Below, one piece after another: positions 18,961 to 26,989 of a DNA stretch of 64,000 nucleotides. Source of the DNA: an uncultured Acidobacteriota bacterium. GTDB taxonomy: Bacteria; Actinomycetota; Acidimicrobiia; Spongiisociales; ZC4RG35. A model generated the notes under the pieces. That model saw nothing but the letters and a program-made list of their open reading frames with translations, was not told the DNA's origin and ran no database searches. Position numbers and translations under genes: made by a program. Location of the stretch: positions 66,620-130,619 of the forward strand of contig CAWHEU010000020.1 of assembly GCA_963828465.1 (NCBI GenBank). The letters run 5' to 3'. Numbering within the stretch: the stretch's first letter is position 1; each line of letters starts with the position of its first letter.

Positions 18961-18993
18961 CGTAACGCTGCCGTACCGCACCACCGAAAGTAT
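18961..18993 (+). promoter_or_regulatory. Heptamer direct-repeat promoter (CGTAACG-ctgc-CGTACCG-N9-AAGTAT)
   Basis: Near-perfect direct repeat upstream of the lipoprotein gene. Confidence 0.7.
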
Positions 18994-19018
18994 CCAGGCA
19001 AACGACTGAAGGAGAGTC

Positions 19019-19786
19019 ATGGGGAGAGCAACACCGCGTAAGTCTTGGATCCTGATGGTGCCGGCCTTGGTCTTGGCGGCCTGCAGCGGAGGCCCGTCCG
19101 CCGACGTATCTGCCTTCTGTGATTCAGTTGTGAATGTGGAGGCACTGCTGTCGAGCGAACCCGATGATTCGGCAGCCTGGGCAGAGGAGGCCACTACCGC
19201 CCTGACTGCCCTCCAGGAGGACGCCCCCGACGAAGTCTCCGGAGCCGTTGGGACCATCACGGATGCCCTGATCCCCGCCATCGAGTCCGGTGACGAGGAG
19301 CAGTTCTTCGCCGCATTCGAAAGCGAGGAAGTCGGCGAGGCCTCAGAGGTGGTCGACTCTTACATGGTTGATGAGTGCGGCTGGGAGGTCACCCCGGTCA
19401 CCGCCAGGGAGTACGAGTTCGAGGGCGATCTTGACGGGCTCGAGGCAGGCATGAACGGCCTCGGGTTCGAGAACGGCGGGACCGAGTTGCACGAAATGGT
19501 CCTGTTCCGCATCAACGACGACGCCACCGAGAGCATCGACGAGCTGCTCGCCCTCCCCGAGGAGGAGGCACAGGGGAAGGTGACAGATGCCGGAGGCGCC
19601 TTCGGATTCCCGGGGGACACCGACACAGTGTTCGTCGATCTCGACCCCGGTCGCTACGCCATCGTGTGCTTCCTGCCTATGGGCGCCACTCCCGACAACA
19701 TGGAGGCTCTCGAGTCCGGGGAGTTCGACGATGCACCGCCACATTTCACGCAGGGAATGTTCCGGGAGTTCACCGTCGAGGGTTGA
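19019..19786 (+). CDS. Acidic lipoprotein with a C-terminal cupredoxin-like (type-1 Cu) domain
   Basis: Lipobox LAAC; HEM...CFLP...HFTQGM ligand pattern; AAGGAG RBS. Confidence 0.75.
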   Translation: MGRATPRKSWILMVPALVLAACSGGPSADVSAFCDSVVNVEALLSSEPDDSAAWAEEATTALTALQEDAPDEVSGAVGTITDALIPAIESGDEEQFFAAFESEEVGEASEVVDSYMVDECGWEVTPVTAREYEFEGDLDGLEAGMNGLGFENGGTELHEMVLFRINDDATESIDELLALPEEEAQGKVTDAGGAFGFPGDTDTVFVDLDPGRYAIVCFLPMGATPDNMEALESGEFDDAPPHFTQGMFREFTVEG

Positions 19787-19801
19787 AAGACGACATTCCT
19801 G

Positions 19802-19835
19802 ATGCAGGGCGTCACGCATCCGTGACGCCCTGCAT
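19802..19835 (+). terminator. 15-bp perfect hairpin, probable terminator
   Basis: ATGCAGGGCGTCACG-catc-CGTGACGCCCTGCAT just after the stop codon. Confidence 0.75.
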
Positions 19836-19901
19836 TCTGTTCGATCGACCCACCCGTGCTACCTCAAGAAAACGGCGGGCACTGCCGAAGTATCCGGCAC
19901 G

Positions 19902-20174
19902 ATGACAGTCTCCACCATCACATCACTCGACGAGTGGGCGGCGCATCCCTATGGCAAGGCGGCCCGGATCGCCCTCGCCGTCCTCGGTCTGGAGTCGGCA
20001 GTCCTGGTCCTCCTGGTGGCCACACTGCAAAGCCAGGCGGCTTGGCTCCTCGTACTTCTCGGTGTGGCACTTGCCGCCACAACGGTGCGAGCCGCGTCGA
20101 AGCCGAGCGTCATCCGGCTCACCTCTCTTGGAGCGGTGATGGTCTCAGTCCTCTACGTGGGACAGACGTTCTAA
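19902..20174 (+). CDS. Small membrane protein (~3 TM)
   Basis: 90 aa hydrophobic ORF. Confidence 0.6.
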   Translation: MTVSTITSLDEWAAHPYGKAARIALAVLGLESAVLVLLVATLQSQAAWLLVLLGVALAATTVRAASKPSVIRLTSLGAVMVSVLYVGQTF

Positions 20175-20291
20175 AGGTCTTAGCGAAGGGCCACAAAGGC
20201 CCCGGCGCCCTGCGCACACGGCCACCGGCTAACGGTGGCCGTTGTGTTTTCCAAAACGTTCGGACCGCATTTCACGCAGCCGTCGACATAC

Positions 20292-20310
20292 ATGGGGGTA
20301 ATCCCCTATT
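20292..20310. promoter_or_regulatory. GGGG-N4-CCCC palindrome, putative response-regulator box
   Basis: ATGGGGGTAATCCCCTATT; a near-identical inverted copy lies at 22262-22281. Confidence 0.55.
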
Positions 20311-20341
20311 GGCTTTTCCACAGGGTTCGACATGATTGTGG

Positions 20342-20421
20342 TGCGGGTACTTCAGGGCATCACTCCGTCCCTTGAAGCGACAATGGGGACCATCGGGGGA
20401 CTGCGGAAGCAGTCCCCCTTT
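20342..20421 (+). ncRNA. Candidate small RNA 1
   Basis: Box, then CATGAT -10, hairpin CTTCAGGG...CCCTTGAAG with CTCC in the loop, then terminator GGGGGACTGC-GGAA-GCAGTCCCCC-TTT. Confidence 0.4.
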
Positions 20422-20499
20422 GATTGCGAAAAGAACGCCATCCAACTCTCACCACTCCCAAGGACCAACCCGCCTCCCGCCCCGCTAGCTTCCGGGGAA

Positions 20500-21612
20500 A
20501 TGAGCAGTTTCACGAAGCGAGGCAGCGCCGACCTCGAAGGGACCCTCCGACGGATGGTCGTCGTCTTCCGCTTCCTCGGCCTGATCTGGATGCTGATCCT
20601 GGTCGCGGTGACCGTGTTGGCAGATCCGCCACCGGAGATGTGGATCGTTTGGGCTTCGGTCGGTCTCGCCGTCTTCTGGACTTTCCTCACCTGGCTCGTG
20701 GCCAGGACCCAGCCCAACTTCATGGCCGGGTGGTGGTGGTTCACCTTGGACGCCTTGGCCATGCTGGCGATTGGTGCGGCATCAGTTGCTTCGGGAGCGG
20801 ACGAGCTCTTCCACGGCGGTCTGCCCCTGTCACTGGTCTTCACCGGGGCATTGCTCGGGGGCCTGCCCGGATCTCTCATAGCCGCCGTTCTCTTGGGCGT
20901 GGAGCAATTCCTGGTCCATGTCATCGCCGACCTCGGCGCGGTTCGGGCCGCTGGCAGCGTCATCTTCTTCGTGGTCGGGGCAATCGTCGGCTGGACGTTC
21001 GACAAACTCCGCGATTACGACCTCGCCCGCCAGGCGGCACAAGACGAGCTAGCCGCCGAGCAGGCTGCGGTCGTGCTCCACGAGGAGCGGGCCGCCCTGG
21101 CCGACCGTCTGCACGACTCGGTGCTCCAGACTCTCCACGCCATCCGAATGGGTGCCGATGATCCGGGCCAGTCCCGATATCTGGCGAGACGTCAGGAACG
21201 AGAGCTCCGGCGAAACATCGAAGAGTGGCGGTCCGAATACCGGGACAGCTTCCGAGCCGCCCTGCTCGCCGTGAGAGATGAGGTGGAGGACACCCATCGG
21301 GTGGAGATCGAGGCCGTCATCCGCGACGATGCGCCGATCGACCCCAACCTGACCGCTGCGATCGAGGCCGCCCGCGAGGCAATGGCCAATGCGGCGAAGC
21401 ACTCCGGTTCGCCCGCCATCACCCTCTACTCCGAGTTTGCCAATGGGGAAGCCCACATCCACGTTCGCGACAGTGGCACCGGGTTCGCCGATGATGCCCA
21501 GCGAAACCGGGTGCATGAGCGTCTCGCCCGGCGGGTCGAGAACGTCGGTGGGCTGGTCGAGATCGACAGCGCCGAGACCGGCACCGAAGTGAAAATCACG
21601 GTCGAGAAATGA
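20500..21612 (+). CDS. Membrane sensor histidine kinase (HisKA_3 type)
   Basis: ADRLHDSVLQTL H-box, REAMANAAKHSG N-box, VRDSGTGF G-box. Confidence 0.9.
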   Translation: MSSFTKRGSADLEGTLRRMVVVFRFLGLIWMLILVAVTVLADPPPEMWIVWASVGLAVFWTFLTWLVARTQPNFMAGWWWFTLDALAMLAIGAASVASGADELFHGGLPLSLVFTGALLGGLPGSLIAAVLLGVEQFLVHVIADLGAVRAAGSVIFFVVGAIVGWTFDKLRDYDLARQAAQDELAAEQAAVVLHEERAALADRLHDSVLQTLHAIRMGADDPGQSRYLARRQERELRRNIEEWRSEYRDSFRAALLAVRDEVEDTHRVEIEAVIRDDAPIDPNLTAAIEAAREAMANAAKHSGSPAITLYSEFANGEAHIHVRDSGTGFADDAQRNRVHERLARRVENVGGLVEIDSAETGTEVKITVEK

Positions 21613-22259
21613 CAGACCGCCTCCGGCTGATCATCGTCGACGATCACGATGTCGTTAGGGCCGGGATGCGGGCGATCCTCGAGCCGTCTTTCGACATCGT
21701 CGGCGAGGCCGACAACGTGGACAGCGCCATCGAGTTGATCAAGGAACGGCTCCCGGACCTCGTCGTACTCGACGTCAAGCTGCCCGGGGGCGGGGGTGCG
21801 GCGGTGATCCCGGCGGTGCGAAGAGACTTTCCGGACATTCGATTCATGGCCCTCACCGTGTCGACTTCGAAAGAAGACGTGGCGCGGCTCCTCGACGCCG
21901 GAGTCGACGGCTACATCACCAAGACCACACTCGGGGCGGATCTTCCTGACCTGGTTCGCCAGACGTACGTCGGAGCTCGGCCGGTTTCTCCGGACGTGGC
22001 CGCCTATCTCCTCGATATCGACGAAGACATCACCGGGGAGACTCCGATCTCCCGCCTCACCCCGAGGGAGCGTGAAGTGGTCAATCTCATCGCCCGCGGG
22101 TACACCTACCGGGAGAGCGCCGAGCGGCTGGGGATCACGGTCAAGACCCTCGAGAACCACATGGCGCACATCTTCGACAAGCTGAGCGTCGCGAGCCGTC
22201 ACGAGCTCACCGCCCTGGCCTACGAGGAGGGTTATGTCCGACCCGACGACGAGAGGTGA
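21609..22259 (+). CDS. NarL/LuxR-family response regulator
   Basis: IVDDHDVVR, LDVKLP, LTPREREV...GYTYRE HTH; ATGA overlap with the kinase. Confidence 0.93.
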   Translation: MTDRLRLIIVDDHDVVRAGMRAILEPSFDIVGEADNVDSAIELIKERLPDLVVLDVKLPGGGGAAVIPAVRRDFPDIRFMALTVSTSKEDVARLLDAGVDGYITKTTLGADLPDLVRQTYVGARPVSPDVAAYLLDIDEDITGETPISRLTPREREVVNLIARGYTYRESAERLGITVKTLENHMAHIFDKLSVASRHELTALAYEEGYVRPDDER

Positions 22260-22261
22260 CG

Positions 22262-22281
22262 AATAGGGGGAATTCCCCATT
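22262..22281. promoter_or_regulatory. GGGG-N4-CCCC palindrome, putative response-regulator box
   Basis: AATAGGGGGAATTCCCCATT. Confidence 0.55.
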
Positions 22282-22312
22282 CCCGACTCGTCGAATCGGA
22301 TGTAGAAATACA

Positions 22313-22425
22313 GTGGGTGGGCAAGGGACCTTCCTCCCGGAGCCACATCCCTGAGGGGGGAGGAGACAACCGAAAAGGCTTCGCATGAAGCCAGCAAGCC
22401 CCCGTCGCAAGACGGGGGCTTTTGC
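22313..22425 (+). ncRNA. Candidate small RNA 2
   Basis: Box, then tgTAGAAA -10, a CCTTCCTCCC-containing stem, a GGCTTC-GCAT-GAAGCC hairpin and a terminator. Confidence 0.45.
22394..22425. terminator. Intrinsic terminator (probably bidirectional)
   Basis: AAGCCCCCGTC-GCAA-GACGGGGGCTTTT between convergent units. Confidence 0.8.
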
Positions 22426-22426
22426 G

Positions 22427-23404
22427 TCAGAACTGGACGGCGGCCGCTGCCCAGTGAAAGCCCGCTCCGAAGGCGGTGAGGACGACCAGGTCGCCCTCCT
22501 TCACCCGACCAGTCTCCACACACTCCCACAAGGCGAACGGCACAGTGGCAGAACCGGTGTTGCCGTACTCGTGGACATTGACGAACACCTTGTCCTCGGA
22601 TACCTGGAGCTTCTTGCGCACCGCCTCGATGATTCGCAAATTCGCCTGATGGGGGATGACAAGCGACACGTCACCGATCGTCTTGCCAATCCGGTCGAGC
22701 ACCTCGCTCACAGCCTGGGTCATCCGGGCAACGGCTTCGGTGAAAACCCGCCGGCCGTCCATCACCAGCCGGTTGTACTCACCAGATTCCAGTGTCTTGC
22801 GGTTGAAAGGATTTCGGGTGCCTCCTGCGGCCAAGGTCAGGATGCCTGCTGCCGAGCCGTCGGTGCCCGACACCACCTCGAGCACCCGGGCCCGTCCCGG
22901 ATCGGGGCTGAGTACGACGGCGCCGGCGGCGTCGCCGAACAGCACGGCCGTGGAGCGGTCGCTCCAATCGAGCATTCGAGATATCAGCTCCACCCCGACC
23001 ACGAGCATCGTCCTCGGGCTGAAAGCGATCCTGGCCCGGGCAACGTCCAGGGCCTGGACGAACCCCGCACATCCAGAGCCGCCCAGGTCATAGGTAGGCA
23101 CGTTGCGACAAGCGAGCAGGTCCTGAAGCAAGGCGGCCGTGTCAGGGGTGTACATCTCGGGGGTGTCGGTGGCGACGATGATCTCGTCGATGTCGTCGGG
23201 GGTAAGCCCGGCATCCTTGATGGCCATGCGTGCGGCGTTGCCGGCCAGTGTCAGAGTCGACTCATCCGGGGCTGCGATGCGTCGCCGTTTTATCCCGGTG
23301 CGCTGGGTGATCCACTCATCGGTGGTGTCGACCAGCAAGGCCCACTCATCGTTGGTCATCACCCGCTCGGGCACATATCCCCCGAACCCCACGATGTGCA
23401 TCAC
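22427..23404 (-). CDS. fabH: Beta-ketoacyl-ACP synthase III
   Basis: GCAGF catalytic Cys, LFGDAAGA, PHQAN, GNTGSA, FGAGF. Confidence 0.9.
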   Translation of the reverse strand: MMHIVGFGGYVPERVMTNDEWALLVDTTDEWITQRTGIKRRRIAAPDESTLTLAGNAARMAIKDAGLTPDDIDEIIVATDTPEMYTPDTAALLQDLLACRNVPTYDLGGSGCAGFVQALDVARARIAFSPRTMLVVGVELISRMLDWSDRSTAVLFGDAAGAVVLSPDPGRARVLEVVSGTDGSAAGILTLAAGGTRNPFNRKTLESGEYNRLVMDGRRVFTEAVARMTQAVSEVLDRIGKTIGDVSLVIPHQANLRIIEAVRKKLQVSEDKVFVNVHEYGNTGSATVPFALWECVETGRVKEGDLVVLTAFGAGFHWAAAAVQF

Positions 23405-23413
23405 CGGCGGAGA

Positions 23414-24526
23414 TTACGCCCGGTACTTGCCCATGACCTCGACCAGGAGGTCGAGGGGAAGGGCGGGAGCGGTGTGACCGGCACGCCCGGTCATTGTCTG
23501 AGCGGCGCAAAGCGCATTGACGATGGCTTCCTCGGTTGCATCGGCCGCGGCATGAAACACAGGATCCATGGAGTCGAGGGGCAGGGTGCGGACCTCGAGC
23601 GGTGTCTCCCGGTCGCCACCTAGATGGTTCGCGGTGGAGAACGCGAGGAAGATGTCGCCACTGGACTCGTGCCCGTAGCCACCGACGCGCGCAAGGCCGA
23701 CGGTGGCCCGCTGCGCCAGGCGACGGCACTGGACCGGCAGGAGAGGTGCATCGGTGGCGATGACGATGATGATCGACCCCCCGTCGGGAGGGACTGTGAT
23801 GATCGAGCCACCCACTGGCGGCTCGCGCCATGGCGAGGGGACCACCTCCACGCCGATCTCACGGCCGACAGGGACGCCATCGACGCGCAGGTCCGACCTC
23901 TCGCCGTAATTGGCCTGGACCAACACACCGACAGTGAACGCCTCACCGGCGGCCACTCCGACTCGCGAAGAGGTGCCGATCCCGCCCTTGAACTCGTGGC
24001 AGATCATCCCGGTGCCGCCACCAACCGATCCCTCCGTCACCGGCCCGGGGGCTGCCGCCGCCAACGCTGTGGCCGCGTGATCGTTCGTCAGCGGGAACGA
24101 CCCGGGCGTGCTCAGCCATCCATCCCACGTCTCTCCAACCACCGGCAAGTGGAACCCACCGACCACTCCTAGGCGGTGGGTCTCGGCCACCAGGAAGTCG
24201 CGGACCAGCCCGACCTGAGAGGTGCTGGTGATGCCGATCGGCGAGCCGAGCATGCCCGATTCCGCTACCCAGATCAGACCGGTCATCTCGCCGTCCCCGT
24301 TGAGGACATGACTGCCCGCGTAGACGTAGTCGGTCCAAACATCGGCTCGGGGCACCACCATGGTGATCCCGGTGCGGACCACGTCGGGCTCGTCATGGAT
24401 CAGGGTCGAGTGGCCGACAAGCACCCCCGGGACGTCCGTGATCGCATTCTCGGGACCGGTCTCCATGGTCCCGATTGGAAAGCCGAGCTGGCGCAACCGG
24501 GTCCGGGTCGAGGCGTTCGCTGACAC
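23414..24526 (-). CDS. P1/S58 family peptidase (DmpA-like)
   Basis: NAITDVPGVLVGH, EGSVGGGTGM, DGGSII autoproteolysis site, SGDIFLAFST. Confidence 0.9.
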   Translation of the reverse strand: MSANASTRTRLRQLGFPIGTMETGPENAITDVPGVLVGHSTLIHDEPDVVRTGITMVVPRADVWTDYVYAGSHVLNGDGEMTGLIWVAESGMLGSPIGITSTSQVGLVRDFLVAETHRLGVVGGFHLPVVGETWDGWLSTPGSFPLTNDHAATALAAAAPGPVTEGSVGGGTGMICHEFKGGIGTSSRVGVAAGEAFTVGVLVQANYGERSDLRVDGVPVGREIGVEVVPSPWREPPVGGSIITVPPDGGSIIIVIATDAPLLPVQCRRLAQRATVGLARVGGYGHESSGDIFLAFSTANHLGGDRETPLEVRTLPLDSMDPVFHAAADATEEAIVNALCAAQTMTGRAGHTAPALPLDLLVEVMGKYRA

Positions 24527-24565
24527 CGCCGGGACGGTACCCGGGGGCGTAACGTGCCGCGGTCC

Positions 24566-25885
24566 ATGAACCCGTCGTCATCGGTCTTCTCCAGAAGCCA
24601 TCTGCCGCGTCCGACCGCCGTGTCGGCCAGCGGGGCATGGATCACCGACGCTGACGGCAACAAGTACCTGGATGCTGCCGGCGGTGCCATCGCTTCTCTG
24701 ATCGGCCATGGAGACCCCACGGTCGCTGAGGCGATGGTGGCCCAGACCAGGTCCGTCGACTGGGTGCACGCATCAGCTTTCACCACCGATCCCGTCGAGC
24801 GATACGCCGAGGCTGTGGCCGGCCTCGTCCCGATGGATCAAGCGAGAGTCTTCCCGGTTTCGGGCGGATCGGAGGCGATGGAGAGCGCGCTCAAGATGGC
24901 TCGGGCCTATCACCTCGCCCGAGGTGACACGGAGCGGTCTGTGATCATCGCCCGCGAGTCCTCTTATCACGGCAATACGAGGGGGGCTTTGGACGTGTCG
25001 GGACGAGAGCCCCTGCGCAGGCCCTACCAGCCCTGGCTGGGAAAGACGGTACGGGTCCCAGCGGTCAGTGAGTACCGCTGCCCAAATCCCACCCACCCTG
25101 TCGATTGCGCCCGGTTTCACGCCGACCACCTGGAAGAGGCGATCGAGGGGACAGGCCCGGAGCGGGTGGCAGTATTCGTCGCCGAGCCGATTGGAGGAGC
25201 CACCAGTGGAGCTGCCATCCCTCCCGATGGCTACTGGGAGACGATCGGCGAGGTGTGCCGGCGCTATGGCGTTCTGATCCTCGCCGACGAGGTCATGACC
25301 GGATTCGGAAGGACGGGTGAGTGGTTCGGCTCGGATCATTTCGGGCTCCACCCCGATCTCCTCATCGCGGCCAAAGGAGCATCCTCCGGGTACTGGCCGC
25401 TAGGTCTGGCGATTGCGTCCGGTCCAATCCACGACGCCATCGAAGACGGCGGAGGATTGGTTCACGGCTTCACCTGGTCGCACCATCCGGTCGGATCCGC
25501 CGTCGGCCTGGCCGTCCTCGACCGGATTCGGGAGTTGCGCCTGGTCGATCGGGCCCGCACACAGGGCGAGATGCTTCTCGCCCGGCTCCGGACAGCCCTG
25601 GAGGGCAATCCCCTGATCGGCGATGTGCGAGGCATCGGTCTGCTCATATGCGTTGAATTGGTCGAGGATCGGGAGTCGAAGAGGCCGTTCCCCCGGTCGG
25701 CCCGGATGACTGAGCGGGTGCTCGAGCGAGCGATGGAGATAGGGCTGATCCTCTACCCCTCCACGGGGAACGTCGACGGGTCTAACGGCGATTACCTGCT
25801 GATCGGCCCGCCGCTGACCGTCCTCGACGACGAGGTCGAGCTCATCGTGGACCGGGTGACGCGAGCCATGGCCGTGCCCGGGTGA
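24566..25885 (+). CDS. Class III PLP-dependent aminotransferase
   Basis: SGGSEAME, SYHG, LADEVMTGFGRTG, AAKG. Confidence 0.92.
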   Translation: MNPSSSVFSRSHLPRPTAVSASGAWITDADGNKYLDAAGGAIASLIGHGDPTVAEAMVAQTRSVDWVHASAFTTDPVERYAEAVAGLVPMDQARVFPVSGGSEAMESALKMARAYHLARGDTERSVIIARESSYHGNTRGALDVSGREPLRRPYQPWLGKTVRVPAVSEYRCPNPTHPVDCARFHADHLEEAIEGTGPERVAVFVAEPIGGATSGAAIPPDGYWETIGEVCRRYGVLILADEVMTGFGRTGEWFGSDHFGLHPDLLIAAKGASSGYWPLGLAIASGPIHDAIEDGGGLVHGFTWSHHPVGSAVGLAVLDRIRELRLVDRARTQGEMLLARLRTALEGNPLIGDVRGIGLLICVELVEDRESKRPFPRSARMTERVLERAMEIGLILYPSTGNVDGSNGDYLLIGPPLTVLDDEVELIVDRVTRAMAVPG

Positions 25886-26937
25886 GCCTCGTTGCTGTCT
25901 GGTCGGACGGGTACCTGGCTCATGACGCCAAATGGCTGGTGTGGGCCGGGATGCGGCTCGACGGCGACGAGGAGGCTGATCGAGCGAAGATCCTGCGAGT
26001 CGGCCTCGAGCAAGCGGGTGTCGACTTGCTCCCCGCCGAGGAGCACGGCCGTGGGCCGATCGAAGCCATTCACGAAACGGGGATGATCGACTATCTAGAG
26101 CACGCATACGAGGGCTGGATCGACGCCGGATATACAGAGGAGCCGGGGTCGGATCGGGTCGTGCCCTACGCGTTCCCGCATCCCGACGCCTTTGGCGCCT
26201 ACCCGTCCCGGGTCCCGAAGAGCAGGGCAGCCATGGCGGGCGTCTACTGCATGGACACCGCCACGACCATTGGGCCCGGCACCTACCGCGGAGCGCGGGC
26301 GGCGGTGGACGGCGCCCTGACCGCCGCACGAATGGTTCGCGATGGCGCCCCAGCGGTCTATGCCCCGGTGCGGCCCCCCGGCCATCACGCCGGCACTTCC
26401 TACTTCGGCGGGTCTTGCTACCTCAACAATGTGGCGATCGCAGCCCATTGGTTGAGCGGCCAGGGGGTAAGGGCGGTAGCGATCGTCGACATCGACGCCC
26501 ACCACGGCAACGGGACCCAGGAGATCTTCTACGAGCGAAGCGACGTCCACTATTTCTCGATCCACGTCGATCCTGGGGAGGGCTGGTTCCCCCACTGGTG
26601 TGGCTTCGCTGGGGAGACCGGTGCCGGTGCGGGAGAGGGTGCAAATCTGAACGTCCCGTTGGCGCCGGGCACCGAAGACTCGGGATACCTCGCCGTCCTC
26701 GACCAGATCTGCGCCAAAGTCGCCACCGTCGAACCAGAGTTCCTCGTGATCTCCCTTGGGGTGGACTCCGGTGCATCGGACCCAGAGAGCCCGTTGCGGG
26801 TCAGCAACGACGGATTCCGGGAAATCGGGAGGCGGCTGGCCGCGCTGTCGACACCCACTGTCCTCATCCAAGAGGGGGGTTATGACCTCAGGGCCCTCGG
26901 CCCCGATGTCATGGCGGTCCTCGACGCCTTCCGCTGA
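25882..26937 (+). CDS. Histone deacetylase-family protein (acetylpolyamine amidohydrolase-like)
   Basis: RPPGHHA, GSCYLNN, DIDAHHGNGTQ, QEGGY. Confidence 0.9.
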   Translation: MSLVAVWSDGYLAHDAKWLVWAGMRLDGDEEADRAKILRVGLEQAGVDLLPAEEHGRGPIEAIHETGMIDYLEHAYEGWIDAGYTEEPGSDRVVPYAFPHPDAFGAYPSRVPKSRAAMAGVYCMDTATTIGPGTYRGARAAVDGALTAARMVRDGAPAVYAPVRPPGHHAGTSYFGGSCYLNNVAIAAHWLSGQGVRAVAIVDIDAHHGNGTQEIFYERSDVHYFSIHVDPGEGWFPHWCGFAGETGAGAGEGANLNVPLAPGTEDSGYLAVLDQICAKVATVEPEFLVISLGVDSGASDPESPLRVSNDGFREIGRRLAALSTPTVLIQEGGYDLRALGPDVMAVLDAFR

Positions 26938-26989
26938 CATCCAAGGCGGGGCTATCTTCTCAGAACCGGTCGTTCTCGGAGGTCCTTCG

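Noticed and set aside
22385-23623. Long antisense or alternative-frame ORFs (also 52691-53872, 59061-60542, 2179-3501)
   Set aside because: Shadow ORFs expected in high-GC DNA opposite or within well-supported genes; they have no recognisable motifs.
24536-24555. CGTAACG upstream of the aminotransferase as a seventh SARP box
   Set aside because: The partner repeat is at the wrong spacing, and the site is simply explained as a TAACGT -10 of a divergent promoter pair.
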